Assembly: GCA_937898885.1 (NCBI GenBank)
Contig: CALDKD010000071.1
Coordinates: 1,250-65,249 of the forward strand
DNA from: an uncultured Bacteroidales bacterium
GTDB lineage: Bacteria > Bacteroidota > Bacteroidia > Bacteroidales > Bacteroidaceae
Direction of reading: 5' to 3'
Length of the DNA: 64,000 nucleotides
The notes beneath the pieces are model-generated. The model ran no database searches and was not told the DNA's origin. It worked only from the letters and a program-made list of their open reading frames with translations. Numbering within the stretch: position 1 is the first letter of the stretch; every line of letters starts with the position of its first letter. Both the position numbers and the translations under genes were made by a program. Of this stretch, positions 18,854 through 28,796 are shown piece by piece.

Positions 18854-21799
18854 TTACTTCAGAACCTTCTTACCGTTCTGGAAGTAGATAGAACCGTTAG
18901 ACATAGTCTCAACCTTGCGGCCAAGCATATCGTAGATAGCGCCATCAGACTCAGTCTCGATGTCGTTGATACCCATGATGATGCTCTGACCCGGAGTCTC
19001 AGTAACAATTACGTGATCAATTACGTAAGTGTTAGGCTTTGTACCCATACCGAGAACGAATCTTGAGATACCCTCCTTTGTGATCTTGGTGCTGCCCTTA
19101 ACATTGCAGAAGCCATCGCCCTCGAATGAGTAAGAGTTGCCCATATCACCATTCCAGAAGGTCTCCGGCTGGAATGATACGTAAACCTCACCAAGTGAGC
19201 CGTCAAGTGTACGGATCTGGAAATCGTATGAGTAGATATAACCCTCCTTGAAATCGTAGGTGTTATAAATCTGTGATGAATACGGAGTCCACTCACCAAC
19301 ACTTGGCTTAGCCTCAAACTGAAGAGCAGCCTTACTGTTAGCATAAGCGAGATACTGATTCTCACCACCCTCAAGGATGTCAAGAACACCAATAGTCTCA
19401 TCGCCCATTACCTTCCAGTCACCAACGGTCTCACCGTTGAAGTTATAATCGTCACCGCTGAAGATATTGTCCTCTACAGTCTCCTCCTCATCGTAAATCC
19501 ACTCGCGTGTTACAATGATGTGGTCGAAGTAGTAGTTGGTCTCAACATCACCAATGTTGAATACAAAGGCACCTGCTAAGTAAGCAGCACCTTCGAGTGA
19601 GTTAACAAACTCAGGAACAAATGTACCGGTAACGGTCTTCCAGTCAGTAGTTACATCAATATTGCCTGATACATTCTCACCAGCCCACTCACCATATATG
19701 TCAATGAACTCAGTTGTTACAGACATTGTGGCAGGAGCATCAGCCTTAACCATAAATGAGTAGTTGTAAACATAACCACCGTTGTATGCCATAGGATAAG
19801 CAATCTCAGTATCATAGAGCTTGCCGGCCTTGTCGGTAACGACCTTCATAGCGTACTGGCTGTTCAGAGCACCCGGCTCGGTAATTTCAGGAGCAACCTC
19901 GTTTACACCGTAAGAAGCCCACATTGAGGTTGAACCCTGGTTGAAGTTGTAACCATCAATGTCAATAAGGTTGCCCTCAACCTCCGGCTCATCATCGTAT
20001 GGAGCCTCGCCTACAACCTTAACACAGATGTTCTTGAGGAAGTAGTTGGCCTCGTTAGCCTTGTCAATTGACATATTGAATGCGATTGACTGGAACTGAT
20101 CTGTTGCCTGTGAAGGAACGGTAACGGTCTTGTTGTATTCCTTCCAATCGTTGATGAAACCACGATTGCCGAAGAAATCCCAATGCTTGTAGTCACCAGG
20201 AAGTGCATGACACTGGCTCGGAATAAGAATACCGTTAGCATCTGGAACATACTCGCTGTCTGTTCTGTAGTTGAAGGAAATCTTCAGCTCTGTACCAGGA
20301 GCAACTGGCTCAGGAAGAACAATCCAGAACTGGCTGTCCCAATCGGTAGCCGCACCGGCAGCTGCGTTGATTGTAACTCTCTCCTTTGCAAACTGATACT
20401 CAATGTCACCATTGTTCTCTTTCTTTGCAAGCTTGAAGTCAAGGATATCCCAACCATCCTCCTCTTCGGTAAGCTTGGTAGGAATCTGCATGCATACGTT
20501 CTTGAAGTAGAAATCTACATCCTGAGACTTATCCTTTGAGAGGTTGAAAGCAATAGACTTGCCTACACCTGCAGTCTCGTTTGGAACGGTACCCTCCCAT
20601 ACGTAAGTCTGCCAATCAGTTTTGAATGAAGGGCTGCCGATAGCCATCCAATGCTTGTAATTACCCGGCTCAGCGTGCCACTGTGTGTCTGCGCTTGCTG
20701 CAACGCTTGACTTATAATCAAAGAATACCCTAACTTTTGTACCTACAGGCAAAGTCTCTGGGAATACAAAGAATACCTGGCTGTCCCAATCCTGTGCTGC
20801 TCCGGCAGCTGCGTTAACCTCGAATGACTCGGTCTCTACAACCTCCTGCTTGCCGGAAGCGTTCTCAGTCTTTACAATCTGGAAATCAACATTCTCCCAA
20901 CCAGCAGCCTCAACTGTCTTAGGAGCCTCGTACATTACATAAACTCTCTTGAACATATAGTCAACCTCGTTGCCTCTGTCCTTTGAAAGGTTGAATGCGA
21001 TAGACTTGAAGTTGCCGTTGCACTCGTTAGGAACAGTGAACATCTGATCGAAAGTCTTCCACTCTGTTGTAAATGCCGGGCTGCCGATAGCAGACCAGTG
21101 CAGATAGTTACCTGCGTCAGCGTGGCACTGTGTGTCTGCAGTTGCGGCAATGCTTGCCTTGTACTCAAAGAATACTCTCATCTTTGTGCCGTTAGGAACA
21201 GTCTCCGGAAGGACAATAAAGAACTGGCTGTCCCAATCCTGTGATGCGCCTGGCTTTGAGTTAACCTCAGCAAAGTTGTCGGTAGTTGAGATCATAGCAC
21301 CATTGTTCTCCTTCTTTACGAGAGTGATAGCCAACTTCTCCCAACCCGGAGTGTACTCCAGCTTGGCAGCGCTCTCGATTGCAGGATTAGGATCTGCAGT
21401 CTCGGTAAGTGTTGTGTACCACTTTGTAAGATCTGACTGAGACTTGTCACCAAGCTTCATGATGTAAGCGCGGGCGCTACCAAGAGTGATGGCCTCTGAA
21501 CGACGTGACGGAACCTGACTGAAATCAGTATCCTTGCCGTTTCCTACAAAGAATGTTGACTTGGTCGGCATCTCAGCGACATACCATACGGTATCTCCAC
21601 TTACCTCATACGTCTGTGCTACAGCCTCGATTGGTTCGGCCTCGCCTTCAACATAGAAGTACACACCAGCCTGCTCGATAGCCCAGTCATAGACGGACTC
21701 ATCGACCGTTACTTTTACCTCGGCGGTCTTTGATGCAGCGAACATCATCGTTGGCAACAACATCAAAGCACTGGCGAAGAGTAGTAATTTCTTCTTCAT
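18854..21799 (-). CDS. T9SS-secreted multi-module (CBM-like beta-sandwich) protein with no recognisable catalytic domain
   Basis: 981 aa with signal peptide MKKKLLLFASALMLLPTMMFAAS. It carries three tandem ~140-aa repeats, two further CBM_4_9-like modules, and a C-terminal T9SS sorting domain (...AIYDMLGRKVETMSNGSIYFQNGKKVLK). Confidence 0.7.
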   Translation of the reverse strand: MKKKLLLFASALMLLPTMMFAASKTAEVKVTVDESVYDWAIEQAGVYFYVEGEAEPIEAVAQTYEVSGDTVWYVAEMPTKSTFFVGNGKDTDFSQVPSRRSEAITLGSARAYIMKLGDKSQSDLTKWYTTLTETADPNPAIESAAKLEYTPGWEKLAITLVKKENNGAMISTTDNFAEVNSKPGASQDWDSQFFIVLPETVPNGTKMRVFFEYKASIAATADTQCHADAGNYLHWSAIGSPAFTTEWKTFDQMFTVPNECNGNFKSIAFNLSKDRGNEVDYMFKRVYVMYEAPKTVEAAGWENVDFQIVKTENASGKQEVVETESFEVNAAAGAAQDWDSQVFFVFPETLPVGTKVRVFFDYKSSVAASADTQWHAEPGNYKHWMAIGSPSFKTDWQTYVWEGTVPNETAGVGKSIAFNLSKDKSQDVDFYFKNVCMQIPTKLTEEEDGWDILDFKLAKKENNGDIEYQFAKERVTINAAAGAATDWDSQFWIVLPEPVAPGTELKISFNYRTDSEYVPDANGILIPSQCHALPGDYKHWDFFGNRGFINDWKEYNKTVTVPSQATDQFQSIAFNMSIDKANEANYFLKNICVKVVGEAPYDDEPEVEGNLIDIDGYNFNQGSTSMWASYGVNEVAPEITEPGALNSQYAMKVVTDKAGKLYDTEIAYPMAYNGGYVYNYSFMVKADAPATMSVTTEFIDIYGEWAGENVSGNIDVTTDWKTVTGTFVPEFVNSLEGAAYLAGAFVFNIGDVETNYYFDHIIVTREWIYDEEETVEDNIFSGDDYNFNGETVGDWKVMGDETIGVLDILEGGENQYLAYANSKAALQFEAKPSVGEWTPYSSQIYNTYDFKEGYIYSYDFQIRTLDGSLGEVYVSFQPETFWNGDMGNSYSFEGDGFCNVKGSTKITKEGISRFVLGMGTKPNTYVIDHVIVTETPGQSIIMGINDIETESDGAIYDMLGRKVETMSNGSIYFQNGKKVLK
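20015..21352 (-). repeat. three tandem in-frame ~140-aa module repeats inside the 981-aa gene
   Basis: The three repeats share QDWDSQFFIVLPETVPNGTKMRVFFEYK...KSIAFNLSKDRGNEVDYMFKRVYV, QDWDSQVFFVFPETLPVGTKVRVFFDYK...KSIAFNLSKDKSQDVDFYFKNVCM and TDWDSQFWIVLPEPVAPGTELKISFNYR...QSIAFNMSIDKANEANYFLKNICV. Confidence 0.8.
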
Positions 21800-21926
21800 T
21801 TTAAAAGTTTTTAGTTGTTAATAATAAGGTTATTTTACTCTTTTTCTTTTAATTACACACAATATCTAACGTCATAGAGACGAGCCTGAACACAATCAGT
21901 CACGTCTAACGACTCCATTTCGCCAA

Positions 21927-21934
21927 CAAATGTA
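21927..21934 (-). promoter_or_regulatory. candidate -7 promoter box for the 981-aa gene
   Basis: The plus strand reads CAAATGTA, which is TACATTTG on the minus strand, about 130 bp upstream of ATG 21799. This implies a long leader. Confidence 0.3.
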
Positions 21935-22109
21935 TGCACAATACTTTAAATGAGCAAAAAAAACAGCGATTATTTTTACTGCCAGGAAAGAACGATTTTT
22001 TCCAAAACAGCCAAATTTAACATTAATTAACCGAAATAGCGAGATAACTTTTCAACAGGTTGGAAAACCCAATGCCATCAATAAGCGATAGACACCTTAT
22101 TATATAGCG

Positions 22110-24731
22110 TCATTTTCCTTTGAGAATACCCTTTATTCCATGCAGTTTGTTCAGGGCCTCAATCGGGGTGAGGTTGTCAATATCCACGCTAAGGATATCA
22201 TCGCGTATCTGGCACAGGACTGGGTCATCAAGCTGGAAGAAACTCATCTGGAGCCCCTCGCGATGACCGGCTATCACGGCTGTTGGCTTGGAAATGTTCT
22301 TCTCACCGGCCGACGCCTCCATCTCGGAAAGGATATCGGCAGCTCTGCGCACTATGCTGGCCGGCATACCGGCCATCTCGGCTACGTGAATACCAAATGA
22401 GTGCTCGCTGCCTCCAGGAATAAGTTTTCTCAAGAAAAGCACTTTGCCGTCAACCTCACGGACCGATACGTTGAAATTCCGGATACGGCTGAAGCTTGAG
22501 GCCATATCGTTCAGCTCGTGGTAATGGGTGGCGAACAGTGTACGCGCTCTGGCCTTAGGCTGCTCGTGCAGATACTCCACAATTGCCCATGCTATTGATA
22601 TGCCATCGTATGTGGATGTACCACGACCCAACTCATCAAACAGAACCAGACTGCGTGGAGACACATTATTCAATATGCCGGCAGCCTCTGTCATCTCAAC
22701 CATAAACGTTGACTCACCTGCCGATATGTTGTCGCTGGCACCAACACGGGTGAATATCTTGTCAACCACACCCACACGGGCACTGTCAGCCGGAACGTAC
22801 GAGCCCATCTGAGCCATAAGCGTTATGAGTGCGGTCTGCCTGAGCAACGCTGACTTTCCGGCCATATTCGGTCCGGTTATTATCAGTATCTGCTGATTGT
22901 CCGTATCCACCCTCAAATCGTTCGATATATAGTCCTCGCCCGGCGGCAGCATAGCCTCTATTACCGGATGACGTCCTGAGCGGATGTCAAGCACATTGCT
23001 GTCATCCACAACCGGACGGATATACTTACGGTCCCTGGCAAGAATGGCAAACGAGATCAGGCAGTCAATCTGCGCGACCGCTACGGCATCGGCCTGTATA
23101 GCCTGAATATATGGCAGTATTGCCTGGGTAAGCTCTGCGAAAAGCTTGTTCTCAATGGCCAGTATCTTATCCTCCGCGCCCAGGATCGTCTCCTCATACT
23201 CCTTCAGCTCCTGAGTGATATAGCGCTCCGCATTCACAAGCGTCTGCTTACGGATCCAAGTGTCAGGCACCTTATCCTTAAAGGTATTGCGCACCTCCAG
23301 ATAGTAGCCGAATACATTGTTATATGCCACTTTCAGACTGCTGATGCCGGTAGCCTCAATCTCGCGCTGCTGTATGCGCATCAGGTAATCCTTTCCGTTA
23401 TGCGAAATCCCGCGCAGACGGTCAAGCTCCTCACTCACACCGTCTGCAATCACACCGCCCTTGCTTGCCACAATGGGTACATCGGGCCTCAGCTCACGTG
23501 CAATTCTGTCACGAAGCTCCTCGCACAGGTCAATACGCTCACCAAGCGATCTAAGGCCATCGCTGTCCGAGGCAACGCACGCCTCACGGATACCTACAAG
23601 ACTCTGAAGGGCCATACGCAGGGATAGGACCTCACGTGGATTGATCCTTCCGGTAGCTGCCTTTGACACCAGACGCTCCAGATCGCCAGTCTGACGCAGG
23701 GAGTCACGAACGGCATCGCAGGTATCAGGGTCGCGGAAGAGATAGTCAACTACGTCAAGACGCGCATTGATGGCACTCACATCCTTCAAGGGAAACAACA
23801 ACCAACGGCGCAGAAGCCTTCCACCCATAGGAGAAGAGGTGTTGTCCATAACCTTCAGCAGTGAGACACCGTCCTCACTCATACTGTCTATCAGCTCCAG
23901 ATTCCTTATGGTAAAACGGTCCAGACGCACGAAACGCTCCTCGTCTATGGCCTTCAGCGTATTGATATGGCCTATATTGGTGTGCATCGTCTGCACAAGG
24001 TATTCCAGTATGACACCGGCTGCGATCTTTCCGTTCCGCAGGTGGTCAACGCCAAAGCCCTTCATATTGCGGACCTTGAAGTGCGAGTTAAGCTTGTCTT
24101 TGGCAAATGTCTCGGTGAAACACCAGTCATCCATCTGGTGGATATAGAACTTACTGCCGAAACTCTCCTCAAAAAGCTGGCGTCGGCCGTGCTCAATGAG
24201 AGTCTCCTTCGGCGAGAAATTAGCCAACAGTTTCTCTATATGGTCCGGAGTGCCCTCGGCAGTGAGAAACTCGCCTGTGGATATATCAAGAAAGGCCACA
24301 CCCCACGCGCCCTTGCCAAAATGAACGGCTGCCAGGAAATTGTTCTCCTTGTTCTTCAGAACCGTGTCATTCATCGCCACACCCGGTGTGACAAGCTCGG
24401 TAATGCCACGCTTTACAAGGGTCTTTGTAAGTTTGGGATCCTCCAGCTGGTCGCAGATAGCCACCCGGCGGCCTGCGCGTATCAGCTTGGGCAGATACAC
24501 ATCAAGAGCGTGATGCGGAAATCCGGCCATCTCCAGAGCCTGTACTCCCTGCTTGCCGTTAGAGCGACGTGTAAGAGTGATGCCCAGAATCTCTGACGCC
24601 TCAACGGCATCGCTTGCGTATGTCTCATAAAAATCGCCGCAACGGAATAACAGCAAGGCATCGGGGTTCTTGGCCTTAAGGTCATAGAACTGCCTCATCA
24701 TAGGAGTCTCGGCGGGATTGCTTACTGGCAT
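22110..24731 (-). CDS. mutS: DNA mismatch repair protein MutS
   Basis: 873 aa starting [28 protein letters not shown], with Walker A GPNMAGKS and [12 protein letters not shown]. Confidence 0.97.
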   Translation of the reverse strand: MPVSNPAETPMMRQFYDLKAKNPDALLLFRCGDFYETYASDAVEASEILGITLTRRSNGKQGVQALEMAGFPHHALDVYLPKLIRAGRRVAICDQLEDPKLTKTLVKRGITELVTPGVAMNDTVLKNKENNFLAAVHFGKGAWGVAFLDISTGEFLTAEGTPDHIEKLLANFSPKETLIEHGRRQLFEESFGSKFYIHQMDDWCFTETFAKDKLNSHFKVRNMKGFGVDHLRNGKIAAGVILEYLVQTMHTNIGHINTLKAIDEERFVRLDRFTIRNLELIDSMSEDGVSLLKVMDNTSSPMGGRLLRRWLLFPLKDVSAINARLDVVDYLFRDPDTCDAVRDSLRQTGDLERLVSKAATGRINPREVLSLRMALQSLVGIREACVASDSDGLRSLGERIDLCEELRDRIARELRPDVPIVASKGGVIADGVSEELDRLRGISHNGKDYLMRIQQREIEATGISSLKVAYNNVFGYYLEVRNTFKDKVPDTWIRKQTLVNAERYITQELKEYEETILGAEDKILAIENKLFAELTQAILPYIQAIQADAVAVAQIDCLISFAILARDRKYIRPVVDDSNVLDIRSGRHPVIEAMLPPGEDYISNDLRVDTDNQQILIITGPNMAGKSALLRQTALITLMAQMGSYVPADSARVGVVDKIFTRVGASDNISAGESTFMVEMTEAAGILNNVSPRSLVLFDELGRGTSTYDGISIAWAIVEYLHEQPKARARTLFATHYHELNDMASSFSRIRNFNVSVREVDGKVLFLRKLIPGGSEHSFGIHVAEMAGMPASIVRRAADILSEMEASAGEKNISKPTAVIAGHREGLQMSFFQLDDPVLCQIRDDILSVDIDNLTPIEALNKLHGIKGILKGK

Positions 24732-24745
24732 CTCTCAGTCTTTTT

Positions 24746-26167
24746 TCAGTGATTGGCTTTCCTCTTCCTGAATAGGAAAATATTGAAACCTATGAATATG
24801 ACGGCCAATACACCCAGCGTTATGAATGTGGCGTTCAGCCCGTGAGGCGCATAGCCCAGCAGCAACAGGATTGGGAATCCCATTATCATTGCCGGAATAT
24901 TCTGCAATACCAGATTGTTGGCTGCGGGAGTCTCATAGCGGACGTCTATCTCGCGAAGCAGAATCATGCCGTTGCTGGCGGTTCCGGTAAGCATTCCGAA
25001 CATTGCGAAGAAACCCTGATACTCATAGCCCGGGTAAATCCTGCGGCAGACAGCCTTGACATAGAAGAATGTCACTATCGCGCCAAGCACACAGACTACA
25101 GTAAGCGGCAATGCTATCACCTTAAGGTTCTCGAAATTGATGGCCGCTGTTCCAGCCACGATCATAACATCGAAACATATACCGCTGATGCGGTTCAGAA
25201 GGAAATCATTCAGATACTCACGATGCATGATGTTAGCCTTGCGCAGCCACTTCAATATTGAGCGTACCAGCGTTCCGAACAAAATACCCCAGAAGAAATT
25301 GAATCCATAGACCAGCGGCTTGAGTGTCTTCTCGCCGAAATTCCCCAGATCCAGACCACCGATGAGAGACATCAGAAGATAGACCATCAGATAGGTGAGC
25401 ATCACTATGCAGAGCACAACAGTGAACTTATCCACCGATTCTGAGTGAGGCAGTTCATTGTGACTCTCATAATCACTGAGCTTATGTGTATCGACAACAC
25501 CCTCGGAGTTCATTTTAAGCTTGCCCTTCTTGTTGAGCATATTCATATAGATTACACCTATCACACTGCCCACAATAAAACCGATGGCAGCTATGGAGAG
25601 GCCGAAATCAATACCGAAGAAACTGATACCCTGGTCTGCGGCTGTATTCTGATATATAGTGCCGAAGTTGAGTGCCTGACCTGGTCCCTGGCCGTAACCC
25701 ATAGGCAGAAGAAGTCCGCCCGCATAGAATATATCGTGCCCGAGCTCAGGATTACGCCACCACAGGAACAACGGAATTGTAACCAGCAACCCCACCACAC
25801 CTTGAATGATATAGGTGCTGGCAGTAAGAGTACCCGTCTCAATGACCGTAATGGTATTCGCCTTGCTGGACTTCTGCGGAGAGCGGAGCGACATAGCGAT
25901 AAAGCCAAGCGCAAGGGTGTGATATGTGATTATCTCCATAAAATGCTTGTCAATAAAGCCGTCAACCGCAGGAATAACCTTTAGGATAAGCACTATCAAT
26001 CCACCGATAAGCGCCGATGGAATGAGACTTCGCCTCATAAACCAAACCTTACGGCGAATGGTATTTCCAGCCACAATGGCAAGTGCAATCAGAAACAGCT
26101 GCAACAGGGTACTCCAGGTCTCAGGAGAATCGAACGCGGTAACCGCGGCATTTGCAGAGAGAAGCAT
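24746..26167 (-). CDS. sodium/glutamate symporter-like (ESS/GltS family) membrane transporter
   Basis: Polytopic membrane protein whose layout recalls GltS (N-terminal TM followed by RRxx...IPSALIGG). Start is moved to the ATG at 26167 (MLLSAN...), because a -7 box sits at 26196-26203. Confidence 0.55.
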   Translation of the reverse strand: MLLSANAAVTAFDSPETWSTLLQLFLIALAIVAGNTIRRKVWFMRRSLIPSALIGGLIVLILKVIPAVDGFIDKHFMEIITYHTLALGFIAMSLRSPQKSSKANTITVIETGTLTASTYIIQGVVGLLVTIPLFLWWRNPELGHDIFYAGGLLLPMGYGQGPGQALNFGTIYQNTAADQGISFFGIDFGLSIAAIGFIVGSVIGVIYMNMLNKKGKLKMNSEGVVDTHKLSDYESHNELPHSESVDKFTVVLCIVMLTYLMVYLLMSLIGGLDLGNFGEKTLKPLVYGFNFFWGILFGTLVRSILKWLRKANIMHREYLNDFLLNRISGICFDVMIVAGTAAINFENLKVIALPLTVVCVLGAIVTFFYVKAVCRRIYPGYEYQGFFAMFGMLTGTASNGMILLREIDVRYETPAANNLVLQNIPAMIMGFPILLLLGYAPHGLNATFITLGVLAVIFIGFNIFLFRKRKANH

Positions 26168-26195
26168 ATCATTCACATTTTTAGTAACTGAAATA

Positions 26196-26203
26196 CAAAA
26201 ATA
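26196..26203 (-). promoter_or_regulatory. Bacteroidetes-type -7 promoter box for the symporter gene
   Basis: The plus strand reads CAAAAATA, which is TATTTTTG on the minus strand, 29 bp upstream of ATG 26167 and inside the ORF-track extension. Confidence 0.4.
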
Positions 26204-26258
26204 GGTTTTTTTTCTGATATTTGTAATCAACTATTCAAAACTAACCAAAACTTATAAT

Positions 26259-28712
26259 ATGCGAAACTTAAAGTTCTTATTAGGATTCGTCCTGACCGGA
26301 ATGGCGTGTCAGGCAGGTATGGCGCAGGATCTGAGGCTCAATGAGAAAGGTTATTACGAGACCCGTGGCGTCAATGTGATGATTTACAGCAATCCTTTCT
26401 CTGCCGCATTCTATGATGAGAAGCGCTCTGGAATAGACATTGTCCACCACGGAGTGCTGACAGTGACAAACGGCGGCGTGCGTATGACCGAGACTCCGGA
26501 GCAATGGGACCTTGTGCCGGAAATGAGCAGCCGCGATGTGAACGAGCAGACCGGAGAGGTAACAGTCAGGCTCAACTACAAAGAGTACGACTTCGACTCA
26601 CAAATCAATGTAATTCCATCGGGCAAGGGTTTCAAGGTGACGGTATCTCTTGACAAGCCTCTCCCGAAGGAGCTTGAGGGCAAGGCCTGTTTCAATCTGG
26701 AGTTCCTGCCATCGGCCTACTGGAATCACGCCTATCTGGCAGACGGCAAGCCGTACTACTTTCCACGCTATGCCGGCCACGAGACCGAGACACGTCCTCT
26801 CAGCCAGAAGGCCCTGCAGGTAAACAACCTTATTACATCTGATGTACGCGGACGTAATGAGTTCTCCGCCGCCAAGCCTCTGATGGAAGCCAATAAGTTC
26901 GTTATGGCACCCGACGAGCCCACGCGTATGATTACCGTAACAAGCGATACCAGGATGCAGCTGTTTGACGGCCGCATTCTGGCACAGAACGGCTGGTTCG
27001 TACTTCACTCATATCTGCCGGCCGGCAAGAGCGGCAAGGTACTGGAGTGGCAGGTTGACCCCAACTCAGTATCAGACTGGGTAAGAGAGCCTGTAATAGG
27101 CTTCTCGCAGGTTGGCTACACCCCCACCCAGCACAAGGAAGCCATCATAGAGCTTGACCCTAACGGCAAGGCTCTTGAGACTGCAACCCTGTACCGCGTG
27201 CTGGAAGACGGCCAGTGCGTGGCCGCAAAGACCATCAGCCTGAATATGTGGGGCAACTACCTTCGCTACGATTATGCCAAGGCCGATTTCTCAGACATCA
27301 CAGAGCCTGGCATCTACTATCTGCAGTATGGCAGTCAGAAGACCAACATCTTCCCGATAGGCAATGAGGTATATCAGCAGGTATGGTACCCTACTCTCGA
27401 TGTGTGGTTCCCGGTACAGATGGACCATATGGCAGTAAAGGAGGGATATCGTGTATGGCACGGCGCTCCTCATCTTGACGATGTTGTCCAGGCCCCAATC
27501 AACACCCCACATTTTGATATGTTCCAGATGAGCGATCAATACGAGTCTCCATACACCGCTTTCCAGCACATTGACGGCTTTGACGAGGGTGCCTGGTTCG
27601 ATGCCGGCGACTGGGATGTGGAGAGCGGCTCGCACGCGAGCGTGCTTATGAATATGGCCGCACTCTGGGATGAGTTCCACCCCGACCGTGACCAGACAAT
27701 GGTTGACAACGAGAACCGCTATGTAAACATCCACTTCCCCGATGGCAAGCCCGACCTGCTGCAGCAGATGGCGCACGGCGTGAAGCCTCTTCTCTCCATG
27801 GTAGAGAAGATAGGACACGGATGCCGTGGCATCAACCACGCCACACTCTATCAGTACAACCGTCTGGACGAGCCAAGCACCATTACCGACAACAAGCGCG
27901 GCACAGGCGATGAGCGCTGGCTCTTCACCTACAACCAGCGTGGTCTGGACCTGCAGTTCATCTCCGCTCTGGCGGCAACGGCAAGATGCATCAGGGAGCT
28001 TGACCCTGCCCTTTCAGAGCGTTGCCTGAAGGCAGCTCAGAAACTCTGGATTGACAACTCGTCAACACCTGTCGGCCAGGCCATCCAGCCACTTCTCCAG
28101 CTTTATCTGGCAACAGGAGACAAGAAGTATTTGGAAGGTGTGGAGGATGCTCTGCTGGCAAGTATGGCGGGCCGTGGCGGACGTGCCGCTACAAACAACC
28201 TGCAGCTTGCCCTGAAGGCCGCTCCCTATATGAGCAAGGGATTCGTTGAGAGACTGCGTCCGGCGGCAGAGGCCTTCAAGGCACAGATTGACCTTACCGC
28301 AGAGAGCAACCCATACGGTGTGAACGGTGTTTATGGCGGTGGATGGGGCAGCACAGGCTCTGTAGTAGGCCAGGGCATCAACTGCTACTACATCAACAAA
28401 TACTTCCCCGATATCATCGGCAAGGACTACATCTACCGTTCTGCCGATTTCATCTATGGATGCCATCCCTACTCCAACCTCTCATTCGTGACCGGTGTAG
28501 GCGTTAAGCCAAAGAATGTGAACTACGGCAACAACCGTGCGGACTTCGCATTCATACCGGGAGCTCTGGTTCCCGGCCTGCTTCTGCTTCAGCCTGACTA
28601 TATTGAGAACAAGGATGACTGGCCATTCTTCTGGGGCCAGAACGAGGCGACCATCGGCGGCAACTCATCGTACCTGCTCTTCGGCGCAATGCTCAGCAAC
28701 ATCTCCAGGTAA
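26259..28712 (+). CDS. glycoside hydrolase family 9-like enzyme with an N-terminal Ig-like (CelD_N-type) domain
   Basis: 817 aa with a signal peptide. IGFSQVGYTPTQHK resembles the CelD_N motif. GAWFDAGDWDVESG resembles the GH9 DAGD motif. YGCHPYSNLSFVTGVG and WGQNEATIGGNSS resemble C-terminal GH9 motifs. Confidence 0.6.
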   Translation: MRNLKFLLGFVLTGMACQAGMAQDLRLNEKGYYETRGVNVMIYSNPFSAAFYDEKRSGIDIVHHGVLTVTNGGVRMTETPEQWDLVPEMSSRDVNEQTGEVTVRLNYKEYDFDSQINVIPSGKGFKVTVSLDKPLPKELEGKACFNLEFLPSAYWNHAYLADGKPYYFPRYAGHETETRPLSQKALQVNNLITSDVRGRNEFSAAKPLMEANKFVMAPDEPTRMITVTSDTRMQLFDGRILAQNGWFVLHSYLPAGKSGKVLEWQVDPNSVSDWVREPVIGFSQVGYTPTQHKEAIIELDPNGKALETATLYRVLEDGQCVAAKTISLNMWGNYLRYDYAKADFSDITEPGIYYLQYGSQKTNIFPIGNEVYQQVWYPTLDVWFPVQMDHMAVKEGYRVWHGAPHLDDVVQAPINTPHFDMFQMSDQYESPYTAFQHIDGFDEGAWFDAGDWDVESGSHASVLMNMAALWDEFHPDRDQTMVDNENRYVNIHFPDGKPDLLQQMAHGVKPLLSMVEKIGHGCRGINHATLYQYNRLDEPSTITDNKRGTGDERWLFTYNQRGLDLQFISALAATARCIRELDPALSERCLKAAQKLWIDNSSTPVGQAIQPLLQLYLATGDKKYLEGVEDALLASMAGRGGRAATNNLQLALKAAPYMSKGFVERLRPAAEAFKAQIDLTAESNPYGVNGVYGGGWGSTGSVVGQGINCYYINKYFPDIIGKDYIYRSADFIYGCHPYSNLSFVTGVGVKPKNVNYGNNRADFAFIPGALVPGLLLLQPDYIENKDDWPFFWGQNEATIGGNSSYLLFGAMLSNISR

Positions 28713-28736
28713 TCAGTTTCTGACATACCAATAACA

Positions 28737-28772
28737 AAGCGGCCGCACCGGGGTTTTCCAGTGTGGCCGCTT
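28737..28772. terminator. bidirectional stem-loop between convergent GH9-like and metallophosphoesterase genes
   Basis: AAGCGGCCGCAC-(12 nt)-GTGTGGCCGCTT forms a 12-bp stem with one G-T pair. Confidence 0.5.
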
Positions 28773-28796
28773 GACTTATATCAATCGCTCAGGCGA

